Positions 9,273 to 17,867 of a stretch of DNA of 38,268 nt are shown here, one piece after another (the first letter of the stretch is position 1; each line of letters begins with the position of its first letter). Both the position numbers and the translations under genes were made by a program. The stretch is from Candidatus Bathyarchaeota archaeon. Lineage in GTDB: Archaea > Thermoproteota > Bathyarchaeia > Bathyarchaeales > Bathyarchaeaceae. Under the pieces are notes generated by a model that searched no databases, was not told the DNA's origin, and was given only the letters and a program-made list of their open reading frames with translations. The DNA is taken from the NCBI GenBank assembly GCA_020346825.1, contig CP070791.1, positions 1,128,887-1,167,154 of the forward strand, in the 5' to 3' direction.

Positions 9273-10295
9273 ATGGAAAGTATCAAGTCGCAGCCTTCAG
9301 TATCGGTCATAGTTCCTGTGCGAAACGGAGAACCAACAATAGACCCTTTGCTTGAGTCTCTCCAAAGACAAGACTACGACAAGAAGAGAGTAGAAGTAAT
9401 CGTGGTTGACGGAAACTCGACAGACAAAACTAGAGACATAGTCAAGAAACATCCCGTGAAGTTGGTTGTAGAGAGAAGGAAAGGACTAAACGCTGCAAGA
9501 AACACGGGAGTAAAGGATAGCAACGGTGACATTGTCGCATTCACCGACTGCGACTGTGTAGTACCTAACAATTGGATTACAAAAATCGTGGAGAACTTTA
9601 AGGATCCCCACGTCAGTTGCGTAGGAGGAAGCGCAAAAGGACTCAACGGCGACTTCATATCTCAATACGCCGATAACAGCATAGTGCCTCTAATGCCGTT
9701 CTTCGATAAAAGAGAGGAGCTTACCACGGTGAAACCGTTTCTACGTCATCCAGCAGGATGCAACATGGCTTTCAGACGAAAAACAGCGGACGAAGTTGGG
9801 TGGTTTGACGAAGATATTCAGTATGGCTTTGATGAAGTCGAGTTTAGTGAAAGAGTGTGCAAAGCTGGTTACAAAATGGTCCTGGATCCTAACGTTTTTG
9901 TCTGGCATAAACATAGGTCAACACTCAGAGAGTTCTTGAAGCAGAATTTTCAATACGGCAGGGGAAGTGGAGTCTTGCTCAAGAAAGGAAGGATGAAAGA
10001 CGCCGTTTCTACATGGTCTTTCCTAAGCCTCATGGGTTTCATGACTTGGTTGTTAATAGTTGGATCGTTGTCTTTTCTGACGTTTACCTCTAATTGGATC
10101 GTTTTCCCCCTACTTCTGTTTGGGTTCACAGTAGTACCCATACTTGTTCCTATGATAGTCTATGCTCACAGAGCAATAGAGAATAGACGGTATGCGAGGG
10201 CAATCACTTATCCGTTCATTGATTTCCTTAGGGTGTTCTCTTTCTGTCTGGGGGAAATCTTTGAACTTTTCAAGAAATCTGAACAAATTATGTAG
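9273..10295 (+). CDS. family 2 glycosyltransferase with C-terminal membrane domain
   Basis: VSVIVPVRNGE...VIVVDGNSTDKT...FTDCDC is a GT-A/DxD region, followed by about 3 TM helices. I prefer the ATG at 9273; the track uses a GTG at 9255. Confidence 0.88.
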   Translation: MESIKSQPSVSVIVPVRNGEPTIDPLLESLQRQDYDKKRVEVIVVDGNSTDKTRDIVKKHPVKLVVERRKGLNAARNTGVKDSNGDIVAFTDCDCVVPNNWITKIVENFKDPHVSCVGGSAKGLNGDFISQYADNSIVPLMPFFDKREELTTVKPFLRHPAGCNMAFRRKTADEVGWFDEDIQYGFDEVEFSERVCKAGYKMVLDPNVFVWHKHRSTLREFLKQNFQYGRGSGVLLKKGRMKDAVSTWSFLSLMGFMTWLLIVGSLSFLTFTSNWIVFPLLLFGFTVVPILVPMIVYAHRAIENRRYARAITYPFIDFLRVFSFCLGEIFELFKKSEQIM

Positions 10296-10432
10296 TGAGA
10301 CAATATGACCGTTTTTTTCTATTGCGCTATCAGCAAGTCTACATGGCCCTGCCTCGCGCCCGCGGCATTCTGGCCTTTCTGTGGCTAGGAAAAGTTATTG
10401 CGTAATGTTTCGAATTCTTTGGTGCTTCCATT

Positions 10433-10915
10433 TTATAATTTGTACCCAATTCTTCTGAGAAAGATCTTTCTAGTCTTGACGTCTTCTTCGGTTTCGATTC
10501 CCTTGCTTCCAGAACCGTCGACAACTCCTAGAATGCCTCTGCCCTGTTCTGTCTCCGCTACTATGACCTCCAAAGGATTGGCTGATGCAGCGTGGATGCA
10601 GCAAACTTCGGATACTTGCCGGATTTTGTGCAAAACATTAATTGGAAAAGCATTCTTCAGGAAAATAAGGAAACAGTGGCCGCACCCCAACGCGAAAGCT
10701 TGCTGTGAAACTAGGTTCTTCAATTCTTCATCATTGCCTTCGCACCGAACCAAGCAGGATCCGGAGCTTTCACAAAAACCTATGCCAAATTTGATGTTTG
10801 GAACGGAGGTGACTAACGCTTCGTACAGATCTTCAACTGTCTTGATGAAATGGGCCATGCCCAATATTACGTTGCAGTCTTTAGGTGTTTCTATTTTCAC
10901 TATTTTGAACTCCAT
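10433..10915 (-). CDS. adenosine-specific kinase family protein (PF04008-like, formerly DUF355)
   Basis: [34 protein letters not shown]...[19 protein letters not shown]...[14 protein letters not shown]...[10 protein letters not shown] matches my recollection of this family. Alternative upstream starts are at 10933 and 11002. Confidence 0.7.
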   Translation of the reverse strand: MEFKIVKIETPKDCNVILGMAHFIKTVEDLYEALVTSVPNIKFGIGFCESSGSCLVRCEGNDEELKNLVSQQAFALGCGHCFLIFLKNAFPINVLHKIRQVSEVCCIHAASANPLEVIVAETEQGRGILGVVDGSGSKGIETEEDVKTRKIFLRRIGYKL

Positions 10916-11080
10916 TCTTGTTGTCTCCTCCATATTCTTGGTACTTTCACCAATAAAATTTTTAACAGACAATTGATCCCTGTAAAAATGCAAGGTGCGC
11001 AATCTACGTTAACATGCGTCTAATCTCAAGGGAGAAAGGAGCTCCCGGGTGATTGCTACCCAATTTGTCGGTCGTTTGCA

Positions 11081-12508
11081 CTAGTCCCGCCGGATTGCTT
11101 GACGCAGTGTCTCATTGAATTGTTTGAAGTTGACGATGTTGTTGAGGATGGCTGCAATTCTGAAGGGACTCTTTGAAGTTCGCAACATCTCTGTTAACAA
11201 CCGTCTAGGGCGAAGATAAAAAGCTTGGAAATACTTGTATACCAGCGAGCGCACTTCTTCGTAAGGAACTGGAGTGGACAAATCTTTGGGGATGCAAACT
11301 CCAGTTTCCCAATATCTTTCCTCGTCGATTAGTCCTTTTGCCACGAGATCGTTCCATATGTCGATTCCGGTGTGAGCCCCTAAAATGTTGACATCGGGCA
11401 CGTCAATATCCAATTTGTTTGCGAATTGCAACGTATTAATTATCTCGTTCCTAGTTTCGTCAGGGGCTCCGACAATGAAGGATCCTACAATTATGTCTAT
11501 ACCCGATTTTCTAGCCTTGCGGACAGCCCTTTCAGTCTGTCTTGGAGTAATTCCTTTGTTATAATAGTCTAAGATTCTTTGGTTTCCGCTCTCAATTCCA
11601 AAGAAGATGCATTTACATCCAGCCTTCACCATTTCCCTAAACAAATCATAGCTGACGTGGTCTACCCGGGAGTCGCAGAACCATTCAATATCTATTTTCT
11701 CCTTTCTCATTTCTTGACAGAACTTTGATACTCTCTTGGCGTTGAGAGTGAAGTTGTCGTCTGCGAAAAGAAATTGTTCATATCCTTCACTCTGCAAATA
11801 CTGCAATTCTTCAATAACGTTTTCAACTGATCTTGGTCTCCACATTCCTCGAGCAAATTTTCTGATTCCACAAAAGCTACAGTTAAAGGGGCACCCGCGT
11901 GACGAAATGAGGGTAGTGAATTTTTTGGTGTTCACCTTCACTCCAAAGATTGTTGAAGTATATTGAGTGCCTGTTAAATTGCGATCTGGAAATGGAAGAC
12001 TGTCTATTTCTCTACTCAATGTCCTGTCAGGAGTGGAAACTATTTTGCCGTCTTTCCTGAAGGTTATGCCTTCAACTTCCTTCAGGTCTCCTCTCTTTTC
12101 TAGACACTTTGCGAGTTCAAGGCTAGTGTGTTCTCCTTCACCTCTAGCAACTACGTCAACAGAAGGATATTTCTTGAGGATTCTTTCAGCATTGAAGGTT
12201 GCATGGTGACTTCCCAAAATGATCGTGATGTTGGGGTTTTCTGCTTTCACGCGTTCTGCAATTCTTGGTGCCTCCTTTGCAGCACTCAGTAATACTGAGA
12301 AGCCTAGAATGTCTGGATCTTCCTTTTTCACCCAACTCACGGCTTGGTTCAAAGAAAGGTTCCTTGCAGGTTGATCAAGTATGGAAACCACGATTCCCTC
12401 CTTCATCAAGACCCCTGCGCAGTATAAGATGCCCAAAGGAGGCCACGCCGTGGGAACCATGTGCATTGATTCTGAGGAAGGAGTGGGATTTATGAAGGAA
12501 AACTTCAT
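11081..12508 (-). CDS. B12-binding domain radical SAM protein
   Basis: The 475-aa product has an N-terminal cobalamin-binding-like domain (ILGFSVL..., IILGSHHAT) and the radical SAM cluster motif SSRGCPFNCSFCG. Confidence 0.9.
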   Translation of the reverse strand: MKFSFINPTPSSESMHMVPTAWPPLGILYCAGVLMKEGIVVSILDQPARNLSLNQAVSWVKKEDPDILGFSVLLSAAKEAPRIAERVKAENPNITIILGSHHATFNAERILKKYPSVDVVARGEGEHTSLELAKCLEKRGDLKEVEGITFRKDGKIVSTPDRTLSREIDSLPFPDRNLTGTQYTSTIFGVKVNTKKFTTLISSRGCPFNCSFCGIRKFARGMWRPRSVENVIEELQYLQSEGYEQFLFADDNFTLNAKRVSKFCQEMRKEKIDIEWFCDSRVDHVSYDLFREMVKAGCKCIFFGIESGNQRILDYYNKGITPRQTERAVRKARKSGIDIIVGSFIVGAPDETRNEIINTLQFANKLDIDVPDVNILGAHTGIDIWNDLVAKGLIDEERYWETGVCIPKDLSTPVPYEEVRSLVYKYFQAFYLRPRRLLTEMLRTSKSPFRIAAILNNIVNFKQFNETLRQAIRRD

Positions 12509-12632
12509 TTTGATCGCATTCAGCCTTTAGAACCCGAATAAAATAAACTTTGCCAAAAACCGGCAAGATGAAGTAGGTGTCTTCTCTTTGAGGAGAATAG
12601 TTATAGAATACCCAAGAGGCAAAAAGGGGTAG

Positions 12633-12733
12633 CGGGCCCGCGGGGATTTGAACCCCGGATCTCCGGCTCCGAAGGCTTGCGCGCCACTCTTTTGGATGGC
12701 TCAACGCCTTAATCCTGGCTAGGCTACGGGCCC
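12633..12733 (-). tRNA. tRNA-Arg(UCG) with a 25-nt intron at non-canonical position 29/30 (intron 12677-12701); no encoded CCA
   Basis: Hand-folded. The acceptor is GGGCCCG/CGGGCCC, the D arm is GCCT-AGCCAGGATTA-AGGC, and the T arm is CGGGG-TTCAAAT-CCCCG. Removing AGCCATCCAAAAGAGTGGCGCGCAA gives the anticodon arm UUGGC-CUUCGGA-GCCGG. A bulge-helix-bulge can be drawn around both junctions (see finding). Confidence 0.8.
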
Positions 12734-12942
12734 CGAAATAACTTGCTGAATAAACGATTAAAGGATTTGCTTCGGGACAAACAGTTACTTGTGCTCGACA
12801 GGTAATTGTTAAATCCTACGCGCGCAGCAGAGGAGTACCATTGATTAGACGCGCATTGTCTATTCCTGAGATATCAGAGAACGTTTGCCAGAAGAAACAC
12901 CATTAAGCTTTATTGTTGTGTGCGTGGAAAGGCAAAAGTAGT

Positions 12943-12952
12943 ATAAATAAAT
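12943..12952 (+). promoter_or_regulatory. TATA-box-like element upstream of pyrI
   Basis: TATAAATAAA lies about 36-45 nt upstream of the ATG at 12988. Confidence 0.4.
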
Positions 12953-12987
12953 TCGTTACTCAGTAACATTAGTACAGGATTCGGGAA

Positions 12988-13461
12988 ATGGTTAGCATGA
13001 CCAAGAGAACTTTGCGGGTCTCTAAAATCAAAGATGGCACCGTAATAGATCATATTACGGGCGGTCACGCGTTGGATGTAATAAAGATCTTAGGAGTCAC
13101 AGGTCGCGTGAATGGAGTTGTAACAGTTGCAATTAATATCCCCAGCAAAGCTCTAGGCATGAAAGACATGGTTAAGATTGAAGGGAGAGAACTGAAATCT
13201 GAAGAGGTAGACAAAATAGCGTTGTTGGCCCCACACGCCAGCATCAACATTGTTAGAAACTACAAGGTTGTTGAAAAGCAGCGGGTTAAACTACCCAGCA
13301 TTATACGGGGAATAGTGGAATGTGCAAATCCTGTATGCATTTCAAACAGCAAGGAGCCAGTGCAACCCACCTTTTACGTGGATAGTGAAGAGCCTTTACG
13401 CTTAAGATGTCATTACTGTGGCTACATCGTGGAAAAACAAGACATCCTCAAACAATTCTAA
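12988..13461 (+). CDS. pyrI: aspartate carbamoyltransferase regulatory subunit
   Basis: LRVSKIKDGTVIDHI..GHALDVIKILG is followed by the C-terminal Zn domain CANPVC...CHYCG. Confidence 0.93.
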   Translation: MVSMTKRTLRVSKIKDGTVIDHITGGHALDVIKILGVTGRVNGVVTVAINIPSKALGMKDMVKIEGRELKSEEVDKIALLAPHASINIVRNYKVVEKQRVKLPSIIRGIVECANPVCISNSKEPVQPTFYVDSEEPLRLRCHYCGYIVEKQDILKQF

Positions 13462-13658
13462 CAGGTGTGTTGTAGATTAAGAGGTAGAGAAGAACGCTGG
13501 TGAGTATTGATATACTGTGTTCAAGGCCGAGAAGAATAACTAGGCGCTTCAAACGCGGTTCAAAAGCATGCGCATGCATGAAAGGCCTTCTTTTGTTAAA
13601 GATGGGAAAGACGTAAAACACCCGTAAGAATATGACAACAAAGAGCGTTTAGTACTGG

Positions 13659-14006
13659 TCAGCCTTTTGTCTGGAGAAGAAGAATCGCCTTAGCCAAGTC
13701 ACCTTCACTCTCTTCTAGTGCCTTTTTCGCCTCTTCCATAGTTTTTCCAGTCTGATCTGCAACAAGTCTGGCGTCTTCTTCGGGAATAATTATCTCTGCT
13801 TTCTCGCTCTTAGTTGCACTTTCAGTGATCCGTTCTCCTGTAACTTGAAAGATTTTCTGTCCTTGGAGGTCAAGTATCGCGACATGCGGGTTCTCAACAG
13901 TGATTTGTTTCTCGCTGGTTTTGAAGATTACTTCTCTAACATCAGGCATTTCTCCCATGTTCATGCCCATTCGTTGCATCATCCTCTTTGCTTCCCTTGA
14001 ACTCAT
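13659..14006 (-). CDS. nac: nascent polypeptide-associated complex protein (archaeal NAC)
   Basis: It has a NAC domain (VREVIFKTSEKQITVENPHVAILDLQGQKIFQVTG) and a C-terminal UBA-like domain (EEDARLVADQTGKTMEEAKKALEESEGDLAKAILLL). I prefer the ATG at 14006; the track uses a TTG at 14018. Confidence 0.9.
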   Translation of the reverse strand: MSSREAKRMMQRMGMNMGEMPDVREVIFKTSEKQITVENPHVAILDLQGQKIFQVTGERITESATKSEKAEIIIPEEDARLVADQTGKTMEEAKKALEESEGDLAKAILLLQTKG

Positions 14007-14058
14007 TCTTCTCCGCAATCCAGTTTCCTCCTTTTCACATCTATTCTGTTGTGCTTTC

Positions 14059-14550
14059 TTAACTTTCTTCCGCTGCGCCCCTCCTTACGCGCACAGCCAC
14101 ACCCCGCCTATACGCCTTCATTTCCCTTCCAGAAAGCATAGCCCGCCCCACAGCCAAAACCGCACCCTTTTCGTTTATGACAGCAACTTCTTCTCGGGGC
14201 CTTATCTCTTCATCGGCATCAGTGACGTGCTTTGCAAAAACACTCCTTCCCTTGACGACAAAGGCCGTGGCTTCCTTATTGATGTTAACCCACAACCTTC
14301 GCGGTTTTGCGTGTTCCATTATTCGTTTAGCTCCCGTGATTGTTAGAGAAAAAAGGCCGTCGGTAGGTCGTAGAGTGGCCAACATTTTCTGTTCCAAATA
14401 TATGTGGCGTATTCTGCCTGTTCTTTTCGAGTAAACGATTATAACTTCCTTTGGGAAGAGCTTTCTTCCAGCTCCTTTCCCAAACTGGTAGTTCGCTATG
14501 CTCCTAATTTTCTGGAGCGCGTTAAATATGCGCGCAGGTTTATCTCCCAT
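14059..14550 (-). CDS. PUA domain-containing RNA-binding protein (COG1370-like)
   Basis: The 163-aa product has a C-terminal PUA-like segment, VVKGRSVFAKHVTDADEEIRPREEVAVINEKGAVLAVGRAMLSGREM. It starts with ATG. Confidence 0.75.
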   Translation of the reverse strand: MGDKPARIFNALQKIRSIANYQFGKGAGRKLFPKEVIIVYSKRTGRIRHIYLEQKMLATLRPTDGLFSLTITGAKRIMEHAKPRRLWVNINKEATAFVVKGRSVFAKHVTDADEEIRPREEVAVINEKGAVLAVGRAMLSGREMKAYRRGVAVRVRRGAAEES

Positions 14551-14922
14551 GTTTTCACCATAACATTCTGCACAAATATTAATTGGCTGGCATGTTTTTT
14601 CTTTTTAGACCTCTTTATGTAACTCTATTAACTGAAATCTGTTATTTGGTGCTGATACAGGCATGTATGCATAATGTATAACGTCGCGACGTTGTCTTTC
14701 TTTTCCAAGATTGTGGTTTCATAGTTCACTTGAATCCAGTCTACATGCATTTCATGCATTAGACTCTTTCTTGGTAGTTCTCTTTGTTTTAAGGTTTGTG
14801 CGGTCGAAAAGCCGCGGGTGTATTTACAGAGACCAAAGCATCTGCGCAATGATTAAGTCTCACAATCCCGATTGGTATATGGAATAGGCTTGTAATATTA
14901 TAGTTCAGGGTGATGGTGCTTC

Positions 14923-15447
14923 TTGCAATGTGAGGTCTGCGGCCGGCGGATACTAGGTAAATCCCACAGGACAATAATTGAAGGGGCTAAGATGATCGCC
15001 TGCAGTGAATGTACCACGCTGGGTTCTGGTTATTGGGAACCCAAATCTAAGCGTAGCACAAGAATAATTGCAAAGACTCGGCCGAAGCTTTCTGTTCTCA
15101 GAAAAAAGCATCGTCCAACTGTAACAGAATCCTTAGAACTTGTGGGCGACTTTGGCGTACGGGTAAGGCGAGCGAGAGAAGAATTGGAACTAAACCATGA
15201 AGATTTAGGTAGAAAAATTGGAGAGAAAATTTCTGTTCTCAGGAAAGTTGAAAGCGGCAAAATGACTCCGGATCTTATGCTTGCAAAAAAGCTGGAACGC
15301 GCACTTAGAATAGAATTGCTTGTCCCTATTTCAGAATCTAGAACCCAAGCAATAGTTTTGTCTCAACCCCGCGAGATCACTTTGGGAGAGCTAGTTCGAC
15401 TAAAGGAAGAAAAGACGGAGGCAACTAAAGAACGAAAGCAATCATAG
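14923..15447 (+). CDS. mbf1: archaeal multiprotein bridging factor 1 (aMBF1; Zn ribbon + XRE-type HTH)
   Basis: MQCEVCGRRI...IACSECTTLG is the Zn ribbon and the HTH is HEDLGRKIGEKISVLRKVESGK. It starts with TTG. Confidence 0.88.
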   Translation: MQCEVCGRRILGKSHRTIIEGAKMIACSECTTLGSGYWEPKSKRSTRIIAKTRPKLSVLRKKHRPTVTESLELVGDFGVRVRRAREELELNHEDLGRKIGEKISVLRKVESGKMTPDLMLAKKLERALRIELLVPISESRTQAIVLSQPREITLGELVRLKEEKTEATKERKQS

Positions 15448-15602
15448 TTCAACGGCGACTTCCCTCGGAACGTTCCAGCCTAGAAGAACTCAAAAACCTT
15501 GCCGAATCAGCGGGATACACCGTTGTTGCCTCTCTTGAACAAGTTAGAGTTCGCGATTCCCGCTATCAGATTGGAAGCGGGAAGACAAGGGAACTAGCTG
15601 AG

Positions 15603-16694
15603 TTGGTTAAAAAAAGCGGTGTTAAAAAGACCATATTTGACAACGAACTAACGCCTGTTCAAGCTCACAACCTAGCCAAGGCAACCGGTGCAGCGGCAAT
15701 TGACCGCTTTCAACTTATCCTCGAAATCTTTGCGACGCGAGCTTCAACCTACGAAGCACACCTTCAGATTCGGTTAGCCGAACTACGGTACGAATTGTCT
15801 CGTGCAAAAGAAAGGGTGAGATTGGCAAGAATGGAAGAACAACCAGGCTTTATGGGGCTGGGAAAGTATGAAGTAGACCTCTACTATGAAACCGTAAAAC
15901 GGCGAATTCGTTCAATTCAAGAGAAATTGAAGAAGAAACAAGAGAAGAGACGCCTACATCGCGATCGAAGAACCGAACTAGGATTCTCTTCAATTTCTCT
16001 GGCAGGATACACAAACGCCGGGAAGAGTTCGTTGTTTAACATGCTTGCAGAAGAGATGGTTCCAGTAAACCCAAGCCTATTTACCACACTTTCCACAACA
16101 ACTAGAGCGATGCGCCTTTCCAAAAGAAAGGTGCTGCTGACAGATACCGTGGGTTTCATTGATCGATTGCCCCTAATGCTCATTCAAGCCTTTCGCTCAA
16201 CTCTTGAAGAAACCGTTTTCTCAGATTTGATTCTTCTCGTTGTTGACATAAGCGAACCAAATGAAGACATTAAAAGAAAGCTTTCATCTTGCCTTGAGAC
16301 TATACAGAGAATTGGTGCAGCCGGAATACCCGTTGTAACCGCGCTCAACAAAATGGATTTGCTACCGGAAAACGGGATGGACGATAAGGCTGAACTTTTG
16401 AAGGGTGCTGCTCCAAGCCCGGTTCTCATCTCGGCTCTTAATGGAACCAATATAAACCGCCTCAAGCAGGAGATAATTAAACACCTTGAAGACTATATGC
16501 AAGCCACGTTTTCTCTTCCAGTGACGAACGAAACAATGTCCTTCGTTTCGTGGCTGTTCGGACGCGCTAGCGTACAAGACGTGGAATACGAAGCAGATAA
16601 CGTAAAAGTCGTTATCAAAGCGGTGCCTTTATTTGCAGACAAAGTCAGGGGACGTGTAGAACAACTTGGTGGAACCTTTAACACATATAGTTAG
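15603..16694 (+). CDS. hflX: GTPase HflX; coordinates give the longest ORF from a canonical start, but homology continues upstream to about 15429
   Basis: G1 is GYTNAGKSSLFN, G3 is DTVGF and G4 is NKMD. The same frame upstream of TTG 15603 is open back to TAA 15426-15428. It encodes KAIIVQRRLPSERSSLEELKNLAESAGYTVVASLEQVRVRDSRYQIGSGKTRELAEL, the conserved HflX N-domain, and contains no ATG/GTG/TTG. Confidence 0.9.
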   Translation: MVKKSGVKKTIFDNELTPVQAHNLAKATGAAAIDRFQLILEIFATRASTYEAHLQIRLAELRYELSRAKERVRLARMEEQPGFMGLGKYEVDLYYETVKRRIRSIQEKLKKKQEKRRLHRDRRTELGFSSISLAGYTNAGKSSLFNMLAEEMVPVNPSLFTTLSTTTRAMRLSKRKVLLTDTVGFIDRLPLMLIQAFRSTLEETVFSDLILLVVDISEPNEDIKRKLSSCLETIQRIGAAGIPVVTALNKMDLLPENGMDDKAELLKGAAPSPVLISALNGTNINRLKQEIIKHLEDYMQATFSLPVTNETMSFVSWLFGRASVQDVEYEADNVKVVIKAVPLFADKVRGRVEQLGGTFNTYS

Positions 16695-16719
16695 AAAAGC
16701 GGGAGATACAGAAACGAAA

Positions 16720-17259
16720 TTGCCAAAGGTTGCCGTTTTAAGATGGGGGCATCGAGTCCGAGATAAAAGACTTACTGCTCATGTTGCTCTAACTGCCCGA
16801 GCACTAGGTGTCTCCAAATTCATTTTGGCAGATGTCAAAGACGAAAAAGTCAAGAAAACAGTCGAAAAGGTTACAGAAAAGTGGGGAGGCGCCTTCCACT
16901 TTAAGATGGGGGAAAACTGGAGACAAATTGTTAAAGACTGGAAGACAACAAACGGTATCGTAGTTCATCTCACCGCTTACGGAGAAAACATTCAAACAAG
17001 CAACGTCCTACAAAGGATTAAGAGTACGGGAAAAGATTTGCTCGTAATTGTGGGCTGTCAGAAAGTCCCGTCAGCATTCTTCTCGAAGACAGTTTCAGAT
17101 TTCAATGTTGCTATAGGAAATCAACCTCATTCTGAGTGTTCGAGTTTAGCTATTTTTCTGGATCGTTTTTTTGAAGGCCGAGAACTGTCAAAGGAGTTTG
17201 AGAGAGCGAAAGTCACGCTGATTCCTCAGGTGAGAGGAAAGAAGATGGTTGAAGTTTAG
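16720..17259 (+). CDS. trm56: tRNA (cytidine56-2'-O)-methyltransferase (aTrm56, SPOUT)
   Basis: KVAVLRWGHRVRDKRLTAHVALTARALGVS is the family N-terminus. The start is uncertain: TTG 16720 gives MPKVAVLRWGHR, while the track ORF begins at TTG 16666 and overlaps hflX by 29 nt. Confidence 0.85.
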   Translation: MPKVAVLRWGHRVRDKRLTAHVALTARALGVSKFILADVKDEKVKKTVEKVTEKWGGAFHFKMGENWRQIVKDWKTTNGIVVHLTAYGENIQTSNVLQRIKSTGKDLLVIVGCQKVPSAFFSKTVSDFNVAIGNQPHSECSSLAIFLDRFFEGRELSKEFERAKVTLIPQVRGKKMVEV

Positions 17260-17335
17260 TCTGCCGACTTGATTTGATAAGAGATTTAAGTTTTGTTTCC
17301 CATTTAATCTGGTGAGAGCAAGCAGAGGCGTTTCA

Positions 17336-17848
17336 ATGTTATCCTTTGTTGATGATAAAACTTTGGAAAAGGTCGCTGAAGCGTTTGGCAGTGAAGAAGC
17401 TGTCAGAATTATCGAAGCTCTTAAAGGAACCGGCGAAACCACGGATGAGCAGATAGCAAACCAAACCGGAATACGACTCAACTCGGTTCGCAAAATCCTC
17501 TACAAACTTTACGACCACGCTCTTGTAGGTTTGAGGAGGTCCCGTGACAAGAATACTGGATGGTTCATTTTCCATTGGAGATTTCAGCCAGATCAGCTTG
17601 AAGGGTTCATCTTGAACCAGAAACGGCGTGTTCTCGAAAAACTAGAAGCTAGGCTACTATATGAACAAAAACATGAGTTCTATTACTGCTACACAGCGGG
17701 ATGCAAGCGAATTCCCTTCGAAGAGGCTATGGAACGCGTTTTCCGCTGTCCAACATGTAATAAACCACTAATGCACTTCGAGAACGGCAAAATCGTCAAC
17801 GTTTTGACCAAAAAAGTAGTGCGGTTGAGGAAGGAACTAGGTGAGTGA
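17336..17848 (+). CDS. tfe: transcription factor E (TFE alpha; TFIIE-alpha homologue)
   Basis: It has a winged helix (TDEQIANQTGIRLNSVRKILYKLYDHALV...WFIFHW) and a Zn ribbon (CYTAGCKRIPF...FRCPTCN). It starts at ATG 17336. Confidence 0.9.
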   Translation: MLSFVDDKTLEKVAEAFGSEEAVRIIEALKGTGETTDEQIANQTGIRLNSVRKILYKLYDHALVGLRRSRDKNTGWFIFHWRFQPDQLEGFILNQKRRVLEKLEARLLYEQKHEFYYCYTAGCKRIPFEEAMERVFRCPTCNKPLMHFENGKIVNVLTKKVVRLRKELGE

Positions 17849-17867
17849 AGAATTGCCATCTCCTCAG

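Noticed and set aside
12375-12704. A 109-aa ORF on the minus strand
   Set aside because: It overlaps the tRNA-Arg gene and the 5' end of the radical SAM gene. The GVQIPAGP-type peptide is the usual artefact of translating a tRNA.
12633-12733. Alternative reading of this tRNA as tRNA-Trp(CCA) or tRNA-Met(CAT) with a canonical 37/38 intron (the CCATCCA stretch at the expected loop position)
   Set aside because: Either reading requires a 5' anticodon stem (GAGCC or TTGAG) that has no complementary 3' strand next to the variable loop. It also leaves a C or A at position 33 or extra nucleotides after the D stem. The Arg(UCG) solution gives a full 5-bp stem and a U33/G37 loop.
14628-14974. ORFs 14628-14849 and 14789-14974 (minus strand) in the PUA/mbf1 intergenic region
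   Set aside because: They have no motifs. One overlaps the mbf1 start, and their composition looks non-coding.
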